Shown here: positions 38,724-46,959 of the stretch, one piece after another | Layout of the letters: every line of letters begins with the position of its first letter | Position numbering within the stretch: position 1 is the stretch's first letter | Assembly: GCA_018003015.1 (NCBI GenBank) | Contig: JAGNEZ010000001.1 | Span: 14,808 to 78,807 of the forward strand | DNA from: Phycisphaerae bacterium | GTDB taxonomy: Bacteria; Planctomycetota; Phycisphaerae; UBA1845; PWPN01 | Length of the DNA stretch: 64,000 nt | Direction of reading: 5' to 3' | The notes under the pieces: generated by a model | The model's input: the letters and a program-made list of their open reading frames with translations, nothing else | Told to the model about the DNA's origin: nothing | Databases searched by the model: none | Made by a program: the position numbers and the translations under genes

Positions 38724-39983
38724 ATGACGAAGAGAATGGTACCGCACGCCGTGGGAGCGTGCCTGGTGGCGATGGTTAGTACAGCGAGCGTGTGGGCGGA
38801 GACCGCCGCGGCGGAACGTAAGTCGCCGAAACCGGGGCAGCCCTTGAACGCCGACGCGATCAGCGTGGCGAAAGGCAGCGCCGCGTTCGGGCTGGATCTA
38901 TACGCCCAGTTGCGGGCGATGGACGGTAACCTGGCATTTTCGCCGTACAGCATTTCGACGGCCCTGGCCATGACCTACTCGGGTGCCGGCGGCCAGACGG
39001 CGGAACAGATGGCCCGGGTGCTTCATTTCGAGCCGGCGAAGGGCAAGATACCCCCGGCGTTCGCGGATTTGGCGATGTCGCTGTACACGGCCGGCAAGGA
39101 CACCCACGGCAGCCTGGACATCGCCAACGCCCTGTGGGGTCAGCAGGGAGAGCAGTTCCTCATTCCGTTCCTCGCGAACAACAACGAGTTCTACGGCGCG
39201 GGCTTCAAGCAACTCGATTTCGCCAAGAGCATCGAGCAGGCCCGGCAGGCCATCAACGCCTGGGTGGCCGAGAAGACCAAGGACAAGATCAAGGAGCTCC
39301 TTCAGAAGGAAGATGTCGACGCATCGACCCGGCTGGTGCTGACCAATGCCGTCTACTTCCGCGCGGACTGGGTGTCCCAGTTCGCCCCGAAGCTCACAAA
39401 GGACGCCCCGTTCTGGCTGGACGCGAACCGGAAGGTCAACGTGCCCATGATGCACCAGGATGCCAGGTTCCCGGTCGCGACCGTGGGGGACGAACTGAGT
39501 CTGATCGAATTGCCGTATGTGGGAAAACGGCTGAGTCTGGTTGTGTTGCTGCCGCGGAAGAAGGACGGACTGAGCGGGCTGGAGAAGTCGCTCGACGCGG
39601 ACAAGCTCGCGGGTTGGATCGAGCAGACGAAGCCCACGCCGGTTCGTGTCTCGCTGCCCAAGTTCAAGATCAGTACACGGTTCAACCTCTCGAAGACGCT
39701 TGCGGCGATGGGCATGGCGGATGCGTTCGACGCCGCGGCCGCCGACTTCTCCGGCATGAACGGCAAGGTACACGACCTGTGCATCTCCAACGTGATCCAT
39801 CAGACCGAACTCGAGGTCTTTGAGCAGGGAACCGAAGCGGCCGCGGCGACGGCCGTGACCATGAAACGCGACAGACGGAGCGAGGCCGAGTTCACCGTCG
39901 ACCATCCGTTCCTGTTCGTTCTCCGCGACAGGGAGACGGGGAGCATTTTGTTCATGGGGCGAGTGGTGGATCCGAAGAGCTGA
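38724..39983 (+). CDS. Secreted serpin (inhibitory type)
   Basis: Start trimmed to MTKRMVPHAVGACLVAMVSTASVWA (signal). FSPYSISTALAM, hinge EQGTEAAAATAV, reactive loop TMKRDRRSEA, VDHPFLFVLRD. Confidence 0.9.
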   Translation: MTKRMVPHAVGACLVAMVSTASVWAETAAAERKSPKPGQPLNADAISVAKGSAAFGLDLYAQLRAMDGNLAFSPYSISTALAMTYSGAGGQTAEQMARVLHFEPAKGKIPPAFADLAMSLYTAGKDTHGSLDIANALWGQQGEQFLIPFLANNNEFYGAGFKQLDFAKSIEQARQAINAWVAEKTKDKIKELLQKEDVDASTRLVLTNAVYFRADWVSQFAPKLTKDAPFWLDANRKVNVPMMHQDARFPVATVGDELSLIELPYVGKRLSLVVLLPRKKDGLSGLEKSLDADKLAGWIEQTKPTPVRVSLPKFKISTRFNLSKTLAAMGMADAFDAAAADFSGMNGKVHDLCISNVIHQTELEVFEQGTEAAAATAVTMKRDRRSEAEFTVDHPFLFVLRDRETGSILFMGRVVDPKS

Positions 39984-40084
39984 TCCGGGAGCCGCCCCGC
40001 GGCAGTGCGGAGACTGGCGAGGACTCAGGATCGAGCGGCATGAAGACTCCTACAGGAAGGTGCTGTCCGAAACCTACCATCGCC

Positions 40085-40099
40085 TATACGCAGCGTATA
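40085..40099. other. Perfect 7-1-7 palindrome TATACGC-A-GCGTATA
   Basis: Read directly from the sequence, in an AT-richer part of the 840-bp spacer after the serpin gene. Confidence 0.4.
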
Positions 40100-40206
40100 C
40101 GATCGCATTGTGCCTTCCAAGAGCGGTTGGGAGTACACCCGTTGGCCGAGGGCCATTCGACGACCGCGGGATTCTTGGGCGACGACCAACACCCAGTCCT
40201 TCTTTC

Positions 40207-40289
40207 GCCCCTTCGGGGCTTGTACCCTCTTTTTAACCTATAAAAGGGGCTTTAGCCCCTGGCTACAGACCATTGCCCCTTCGGGGCAA
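40207..40289. other. Cluster of three short GC hairpins (two share a gcccc-ttc-ggggc core) around a T/A-rich tract
   Basis: Hairpin 1: gcccc-ttc-ggggc (40207-40219), then ...ctcttttt. Hairpin 2: aggggc-ttta-gcccct (40245-40260), preceded by tataaaa. Hairpin 3: ttgcccc-ttc-ggggcaa (40273-40289). Could be a bidirectional terminator or a dispersed structured element. Confidence 0.45.
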
Positions 40290-40822
40290 GGAGGCAAGCC
40301 TCATTCGCGGCCGACTACTTGGCGAGGGCGGCGCGCGGGGCTGCACGGGTCTCTATGTTGTTCCGCGGTAAGTCAAACCGGTCTCGATCGTCTAATATGG
40401 ACGCTGATGTCGAACACTCCGGCGATCCCAGTGGACCGCACGACCAGCCCCGCCGAGTTTGACGAGGAACGGCTCGTTGAACGATTCGTCGCCCGCGATA
40501 TTCAGAAGCTCTGAACACCCAAATGGGCTTTATAGCCATCTCCAGCTGTTATGCAATAACGAGGTTTTCCTGCTCGGGGAGGTTTGAACTTCTTTGTGGA
40601 GCCTCGATGCCTGGCGGTGTCAGGCACGTTCCCTCTGATGCCTAACGTACCATCCGCCAAGGAGTCATCATCGCCCGCCCTGTCGCCGGATGGAGCCGAA
40701 GAAGGGCAAGTCGATGCCAGGCGGTGCTCTGCGGTGGAAGCCGTTTGGCCCAGCTCGTCAGTGAACTCGATGCCGGCGGCCATGTGGTCAGGCACGGGCT
40801 GCCGACATAGCCGAGCCGGGCG

Positions 40823-43800
40823 TCACTCGGCAGGCAGAACTAACCGGAAACCAGAGGTGATATTCCGCCAGGCCGGCGAGGTGTTGTTACGATCCGCCAC
40901 CGTGCAGAACATGGCGGCGTATTCCCACGAACCACCGCGGATCACGCGAAGCTGATCCACCGTATACCAACTCTCGGTCCACTCCAGAACATTTCCACTC
41001 ATGTCGTAGCAGCCATAGTAGCTCTTGGCGTCATTCCGGCCGTTCGTTCCGTTGTAGTAGCCCACGGGAGTGGGTCCGCCCACACAGGCACCGGCGCCCT
41101 CTGGGTGGTAGTTGCACCACAGACAGTTGATCACGTCCTGGTGGAAGCCGTATCTGTAGAGCTTCTGCTCCTCCGGATCCCAACCCGCAGCCTTCTCCCA
41201 TTCCTGCTCAGTCGGCAGTCGGTAGGCACGGCCCTCAGTCTGACTCCGCCACGCGGCGAAAGCGGTGGCATCATCGTAACTCACCCATTGGATCGGGTAG
41301 TTGGCCTTGCCGGCCTTGACCGTGTAGGAGTAGCTGCCCTTCGAGCCGATCTGGTCGATCTTCATACCGGGGTAATAGTGGGCCCCCGTCTTGTCGACGT
41401 TGTTCAGGAACTCGCAGTACGAGGCGTTGGTCACCTCGTATTGATCGATGAAGAACGTCGCAAGGTAGATCGGCGGTCCGTTCTGGTAATTGAACTCGCC
41501 GGCTGGAACCAGCACCATGCCGGGTGGAATGACGCGGACATTCACCGTCAGATTCACGGCACGCGCCGTGTTCCCGCGGGCGTTCGTGGCGTTGGTCAGA
41601 GTCAAGGTGTCGCTGTAGCTGCCCGCAGCCAATCGGCTCGCCTCGGCGTTGAACCAGATCTCCACAATGTCCGAAACCCCAGCGGCAAGCTTGCCGCTGG
41701 CTCTCGAAAGGGTGACCCACGCCTGAGTCTTCTCCGCTGTCCAGCTGATGGGTCGGCCGCCGATGTTGGACAGGGTATAGGTCTTACTGGCCGGTGCGAA
41801 CGGGCCTCCTTGATCGCCCGCACCGACGAATCCATCAGACTCGGCCACCGACAACACACCCGGCGGACGCCGCGGTACAAACCGCAGTTGGAAGATGCCG
41901 AAGTCGGATTGGTCCACGTCGCCGTCAACATCCAAATCCCAATCGGCGCATTTCTCACGATATGGAATAACAGGCCCTGAGAAGCAGGCCACGAAGAGTT
42001 CGAAATCCTGGATTCCGGTGGGAGGACAGCCATTGGCGTCAACGCTCACCCAAGGATACGTGTTCGGGCACGCATCAAGGCAGTCGGGCACACCATCACC
42101 GTCTTCGTCTTCGTCTGATACGCTGCAGCCGCATTGGCCGGGTGCAACCTTAGCCGGATCGGCAGGACACTCGTCTGCGCAGTCGGGCGTCCCGTCAGCA
42201 TCGGTATCGACGTCGGAAACGTCACAGCCACACCGGCCGGGCGCAACCTTGGCCGGATCGGCAGGACACTCGTCTGCGCAGTCGGGCGTCCCGTCAGCAT
42301 CGGTATCGACGTCGGACACATCGCAGCCACATTGGCCGGGTGCAACCTTGGCCGGATCGGCAGGACACTCGTCTGCGCAGTCGGGCGTCCCGTCAGCATC
42401 GGTATCGACGTCGGGCACGTTGCAGCCGCACTGGCCGGGTGCGGTTTTGGCCGGATCAGCAGGACACTCATCTACGCAGTCGGGCGTCCCATCGCCATCC
42501 GTGTCGACCTCGGACACGCCGCAGTCGGGCGTCCCGTCGCCGTCCGTGTCGACCTCGGACACACCGCACCCGCATCGGCCGGGTGCAACCTTAGCCGGAT
42601 CGGCAGGACACTCATCTACGCAGTCGGGCGTGCCGTCAGCGTCTGTATCGACGTCGGAAACGTCACAGCCACACCGGCCGGGTGCAACCTTAGCCGGATC
42701 GGCTGGACACTCGTCCACGCAGTCGGGCGTCCCATCGCCGTCCGTGTCGACCTCGGACACGCCGCACCCGCAAGCCCCGGGTTCGGTCTTGTCAGGATCA
42801 TCCGGGCACTCATCATCCTGCAGCAGACTGGAATGCAGTCGGATCCAGTTCACCGTGCAGGAAGCTGCCCCGGTCGCGTCCGGGGGGTTCTGGGTGATGT
42901 CGAGCGGCTGATCGCCAAGGTACACCTCCAATCCGAGCCCCGTCGGCTTGTAGAAGGTCAAGCCCATACACGCCTCCGAAGTCAGCGACACCACTCCCAG
43001 AACGCCATCCGTGAAGGTCGGATCGATGGTGACGCGGTAGATGCTGGCTCGGGGCTGGGTGAGGCGGTATGTCACCTGGTTCTGGACCAGGCTATAACGC
43101 AGCATCCGCGAAAGCCCGGCCACGAAAATGCGCCCGGAGTGGTGGCGATCGGCCAGGCGGCGGAATCCTGCGTAGGAAGCCGCCAGCCGAGCGGGCGTGA
43201 AGCCAATGTAGCTCTCCATGCTCGGGTTGTAGGCATAGTACTCGAGGTGCGCATAGGCGATGGCCAGTGCCCCCCGAGCCTCCAGGTTCTCGAGGATTCG
43301 CTCGTCGAAGTAGTCGGCCATGTTCCAGAAACAAGAGGCGGAATCATAGCCGCACCGAATCAGGTAAAAGTGAACGTTCTGGGCGCTCTGGGTAATCCGG
43401 AACTGATTCTGAGGCCCAAGGGTCAGCGTCCAGACACCGCCAACATGCTTGGCATCAGCCAGGCAGGCATGGCCGACCTCATGTGTGCTGCTGGACCAGA
43501 TCAGCACGCTATCGGCGGCTGACCAGGCATAGCCGGGCATCGCGGCATCGGACACCGTCAGTGTGGCGTAGGTGCCGGGCACAACGGCCGCGAGGCCATC
43601 GTCCGCGACCCTGCACAGAATCCGTGCGGCGAATCGAGGGAAGACGTAACCTCGTTGCCCGTCGTCATAGGTGTAAGGTTTGCACGGCGGGTTGCGGCTC
43701 TCCGACCAGTCTGGCACGGCGAAAAGATAGGCGGAGTTGAGTCCGCTGGGGTTGCCGGCGAACCAGCTCCAGATCCCGCTTCCAACCTGCCTGGTGAGGT

Positions 43801-45280
43801 GCCAATGATACTCCGGTGCGGGCGTCGTCCCTCCGTTGTCGCCCGCCTGAATCGTCGCGGGTCCGACGTTGTGGGTGTTCTCTCCGTCGCCGTGATTCAC
43901 CCAGACCGGGGGCAGACTCAGGCCGTGCTGGGTCAGGTCCCCGATGAACGCGGAGGCGTACTCCGGCCGAAAGATGGGGCGATAGTCCGAAGTGCTCCCG
44001 AAATCGCCGTATCCATGCAGGCTGTCAATGAGGCCGTCCCAAATCAACTGGCGAATGACGGCGGCGTCGGCTGTCTTCTCCTTCAGCACGGGGGAGAAAC
44101 GATCCAAAGGTTCGTAGTATGAGAAGGCATTCTCTTGTCCCCAGCCGGCCCGATAGCCCTTGCCCACGAAGGCCCAGATGCTGAATGTTGTTTCCATATC
44201 CAGCCCTGCTCCATGGACCGGATCGGTTTGGTCGGTGTTGAACCAGCGCAGTAAACGGATGTACTCCTCGCGGTTCAGCAGGCTATGGTTATCGTGAGCA
44301 ATGGCGAAGGCCGCGGAATAAGGAAACGGCCAGGAGCGAGGAACAGGCCTGGACGCGCTGGTTCGCGGCGCCGAGAACGATATGGGCAGCCACGGGGCAA
44401 GATCGAAGACCGGATACCGGCCGGTGGAAGACTTGCACGCGGTCGCGGTCAGCAGTCGGCCGGAAGTGTCAGTGATTGCCACCGCGTTGTCTGCCCATTG
44501 ATTGACTGATCGTCCGCTGAAGGCGAACCAGAACTGCAGATCGCCCGGAAGACCCAGGTCGGAGGGTATCCTGCCAACGTCTGACATGCCGGGCAGTAGT
44601 CCTTGGAAGTCGGTGGCGGTCACAAGGTAGTTGTGCCACAGGCACGGTGCCGCAATCCCGCCATCCCACATGTAGGTGCTGGCCGCGTTGGAGCCATGCC
44701 CGATCCTGGCTTCGTCACCGCCGGTCACCGGATTCGCCGCGGTTGTCAGGGTCTTTGTCTGGAGAGGGTAACTACTCGGTTGATAGGTGACCCCGTCCGG
44801 CCCGGTGAGCCGTTGATGAAAAAACGTCGCCCGGTGGGCCGTCGCGTCATAGGCAACTGCGACCGCGATCCAAGCGTTGTCCTCGACCGGGATGCCCGAA
44901 TCAAGCGCGGTGACCGAGTCGAGCCAGAAAGTCAGTCGCCGCGTGGAACTGGATTGGCCCATCGCATAGCGATAGCAACTGGGACCGCCGGTGGACAGTA
45001 CATAGCTTCCGCTGCCGCTGTTGGCGAACCGCCGCACGATAGCGAACATGCTCACGTTGGTGTACGGACTCGAGGGTCCCTGTGGGCCCAACGACAGATA
45101 GTTGCAGTTCGAATTGCTCAGCAGGATGGACGCGTCGGCTGGCTCCACCGGGTCACCCTGTGCCGGTGAGACCACGGTCATGGCGAACGCTAGCCAGGTG
45201 CCCAGGACTGCAGCCCGCAAGCGACACCGGAGGTGGCCAAGATCGCGAGTAGGAATCACCGCGCAGGTACAGAATGCCAT
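40823..45280 (-). CDS. Giant secreted mosaic protein: LamG-like, unassigned core, TSP3-type Ca-binding repeats, EF-hand/dockerin-like module, Ig-like region, C-terminal FGE-sulfatase (C-lectin-fold) domain
   Basis: 1485-aa ORF with signal peptide RAAVLGTWLAFAMTVVSPAQG. It carries repeats of ECPADPAKVAPGxCGCxVSDVDTDADGTPDCxD and the module DLDVDGDVDQSDFGIFQ. The C-terminus has SUMF1-family motifs LVPAGEFNY, YEVTNASY, RLPTEQEWEKAAG, GNVLEWTESW, RGGSW and SGFRLV. Confidence 0.9.
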   Translation of the reverse strand: MAFCTCAVIPTRDLGHLRCRLRAAVLGTWLAFAMTVVSPAQGDPVEPADASILLSNSNCNYLSLGPQGPSSPYTNVSMFAIVRRFANSGSGSYVLSTGGPSCYRYAMGQSSSTRRLTFWLDSVTALDSGIPVEDNAWIAVAVAYDATAHRATFFHQRLTGPDGVTYQPSSYPLQTKTLTTAANPVTGGDEARIGHGSNAASTYMWDGGIAAPCLWHNYLVTATDFQGLLPGMSDVGRIPSDLGLPGDLQFWFAFSGRSVNQWADNAVAITDTSGRLLTATACKSSTGRYPVFDLAPWLPISFSAPRTSASRPVPRSWPFPYSAAFAIAHDNHSLLNREEYIRLLRWFNTDQTDPVHGAGLDMETTFSIWAFVGKGYRAGWGQENAFSYYEPLDRFSPVLKEKTADAAVIRQLIWDGLIDSLHGYGDFGSTSDYRPIFRPEYASAFIGDLTQHGLSLPPVWVNHGDGENTHNVGPATIQAGDNGGTTPAPEYHWHLTRQVGSGIWSWFAGNPSGLNSAYLFAVPDWSESRNPPCKPYTYDDGQRGYVFPRFAARILCRVADDGLAAVVPGTYATLTVSDAAMPGYAWSAADSVLIWSSSTHEVGHACLADAKHVGGVWTLTLGPQNQFRITQSAQNVHFYLIRCGYDSASCFWNMADYFDERILENLEARGALAIAYAHLEYYAYNPSMESYIGFTPARLAASYAGFRRLADRHHSGRIFVAGLSRMLRYSLVQNQVTYRLTQPRASIYRVTIDPTFTDGVLGVVSLTSEACMGLTFYKPTGLGLEVYLGDQPLDITQNPPDATGAASCTVNWIRLHSSLLQDDECPDDPDKTEPGACGCGVSEVDTDGDGTPDCVDECPADPAKVAPGRCGCDVSDVDTDADGTPDCVDECPADPAKVAPGRCGCGVSEVDTDGDGTPDCGVSEVDTDGDGTPDCVDECPADPAKTAPGQCGCNVPDVDTDADGTPDCADECPADPAKVAPGQCGCDVSDVDTDADGTPDCADECPADPAKVAPGRCGCDVSDVDTDADGTPDCADECPADPAKVAPGQCGCSVSDEDEDGDGVPDCLDACPNTYPWVSVDANGCPPTGIQDFELFVACFSGPVIPYREKCADWDLDVDGDVDQSDFGIFQLRFVPRRPPGVLSVAESDGFVGAGDQGGPFAPASKTYTLSNIGGRPISWTAEKTQAWVTLSRASGKLAAGVSDIVEIWFNAEASRLAAGSYSDTLTLTNATNARGNTARAVNLTVNVRVIPPGMVLVPAGEFNYQNGPPIYLATFFIDQYEVTNASYCEFLNNVDKTGAHYYPGMKIDQIGSKGSYSYTVKAGKANYPIQWVSYDDATAFAAWRSQTEGRAYRLPTEQEWEKAAGWDPEEQKLYRYGFHQDVINCLWCNYHPEGAGACVGGPTPVGYYNGTNGRNDAKSYYGCYDMSGNVLEWTESWYTVDQLRVIRGGSWEYAAMFCTVADRNNTSPAWRNITSGFRLVLPAE
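42085..42812 (-). repeat. In-frame 93-bp tandem repeat array (7 units plus one 45-bp half-unit duplication) encoding TSP3-like repeats
   Basis: Units beginning at 42137, 42230 and 42323 differ by only a few nucleotides. Outer units are more diverged. 42476-42520 and 42521-42565 are a direct 45-bp duplication. Confidence 0.9.
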
Positions 45281-45695
45281 AGAGGGTACCCCTCATGCCT
45301 ATCTCACTAAGATGTGGCGCAGGACAGCCACTTGAATGAGATGTGTCGCGAGATGCTGTCCGGCGTCGACCCGCCAAGCCTCGTTCATTGTACGAACTCT
45401 CCCCCTATCGCGTCTAGTGTCCAGTGCCCAAACCACATGCCCAACGAACCGCCGGGTGTCCTCCTCAAACGAGGCGTTCTCTGCAACGCTGCCCCAGCGC
45501 CCGAGAGTGTGATGCTAGTGTTCGCGAGCCCCTCGAGTTCGTTTCCGGCAACGAGCCTGGTGGAGTTGGGATGGGCCAGGCTGGCTGCCCGTTTCCGGGA
45601 GGATTCAGCGCGTGCCTGTCACGGCATCTCCGAACAGTCTGATCAGCCGCCGAGAGTTGGACGCGCGGCGAAGGGCCTGGGGACGGCCCCAATGG

Positions 45696-46511
45696 TCACA
45701 GGGCGCCGGGATATCCGTGCGGCCCCTTCTTCTCCCAGGTGGCCAGATAGAGGCGGATGAAGTCCCGGTCGCCTCGCAGGGGGCCGGGATCAGTGCATTG
45801 TTCCCAGGTCTCACCCGCGGCGGCTCTCATCTTCTTGGTTGTCCATCGCCAGTACTCGGAGTGGCCGTCGGCAAAAGCCATGACCGTGCCTTTGGTGTGG
45901 CGACCGGGGATCGGGTTCCACAGTTGAGGAGCATCATAGTAGATCGCCCAGAGGAAGTCGGCATCCTCGGGGAAATGGTCCAGAAAGACGATGCGCGACG
46001 ACGGCCTCGCGATGTGGCCGATATTGCGGGGAATCCGCCCGTCAGCGTATGCCCCCGTCCAGGCGGTCCAGTTCTCAAAGGTGTTGGTCGGCGTCGACGG
46101 GTTCATCGCGATGGTCGTGCTGTAGGTGAGGGTCTCATAGCCCTTCTTGACGGCCGGGCAATGATAGGAGTCTACGTTGCGGACGTACTTGAACAGGGCG
46201 CCTTCCCTGATGCCCTTCGTGAAAGCAGCCGCCGAAAAGGTGGCGGGATTGCGCTGGTCCCAATTCCCGTATTGCTTGACCCAGCCCTGGTTGTCCACCC
46301 AGTAGGCGGCCACCCCACTCACCAGGTTACCCCTGAAATCCGCAGCATAGATCGTCCAACCCAGGCCTAACTGGTGCGTGTTACTCTGGCAGACGGCACG
46401 CATGGAGAGCTCTCGGGCACGAGCCAAGGACGGTATCAGGACGGCGATCAACAAAGCGATGATCGTGACCACCACCAGTACCTCGATGAGAGTGAAAGCC
46501 CGGCGTCTCAT
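45696..46511 (-). CDS. Prepilin-type N-terminal cleavage/methylation protein with H-X9-DG motif (DUF1559-like pseudopilin)
   Basis: Start trimmed to MRRRAFTLIEVLVVVTIIALLIAVLIPSL (ATG 46511, RBS GGAGGTG). C-terminal GRHTKGTVMAFADGHSEY gives H-X9-DG. Confidence 0.85.
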   Translation of the reverse strand: MRRRAFTLIEVLVVVTIIALLIAVLIPSLARARELSMRAVCQSNTHQLGLGWTIYAADFRGNLVSGVAAYWVDNQGWVKQYGNWDQRNPATFSAAAFTKGIREGALFKYVRNVDSYHCPAVKKGYETLTYSTTIAMNPSTPTNTFENWTAWTGAYADGRIPRNIGHIARPSSRIVFLDHFPEDADFLWAIYYDAPQLWNPIPGRHTKGTVMAFADGHSEYWRWTTKKMRAAAGETWEQCTDPGPLRGDRDFIRLYLATWEKKGPHGYPGAL

Positions 46512-46959
46512 GGTATGCACCTCCAAGACCGGATATCGGCTATCATAAGGCGGAGGCGGAGGATCTGAAACCCCCCACCTCCCGAAGGGCATAAAGCCAA
46601 CACCGCGTTTTTCACAACTCCTTCCAGATCCTGCACTTACGAAGCCGCGGCGGCGGAGTTCGCGGCGAGAACGGGAATCGGCCAACCCCCAGCAGCCGAA
46701 GGAGGCCAAGGGTGGCTCATCTGGCCCCGTGGCGGAGCCAAACCAGGGCTCAGATGGGCGACCGCACTGTGCTCGGCCGCGCCTGTTCGCCGAAAACCAC
46801 TGAAGGTGAGCTTCCGTTTCCCCATCAACGACCGGCCGAGTCCGTGCATGTCGCGATGGGCGGCAAGCGCTTCCAAGGCACGGCCCGAGGCGACAGGCCA
46901 AGACGACCGGAATGGCTGGGCATACCCATACAGCAGCGGCCTGATCGTCGGTGAGCCGG

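Noticed and set aside
40405-40514. 36-aa ORF (MSNTPAIPVDRTTSPAEFDEERLVERFVARDIQKL) in the serpin/giant-gene spacer.
   Set aside because: It has no convincing RBS, no recognisable family and sits in a region full of repeats. It cannot be supported from sequence alone.
40823-41640. Diversity-generating retroelement hypothesis: FGE/C-lectin-fold C-termini are classic DGR variable regions.
   Set aside because: I found no second copy (template repeat) of the last ~130 nt in the 840-bp downstream spacer or anywhere else in the window. I also found no reverse-transcriptase ORF (no YxDD-type motif). This cannot be excluded for a distant locus.
40823-41640. FGE domain of the giant protein as the maturase of the Cys-type sulfatase at 17241-18653.
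   Set aside because: The catalytic Cys pair of true FGEs (C-x-x-S-Y-C after GGS) is absent; only one Cys is present in GGSWEYAAMFCTVADRN. The domain is embedded in a secreted adhesin-like protein.
42085-42812. Regular ~93-bp repeats considered as a possible CRISPR-like array.
   Set aside because: The repeats are contiguous with no unique spacers, lie in-frame within a long ORF and encode a coherent Cys/Asp-rich protein repeat. No cas genes are present.
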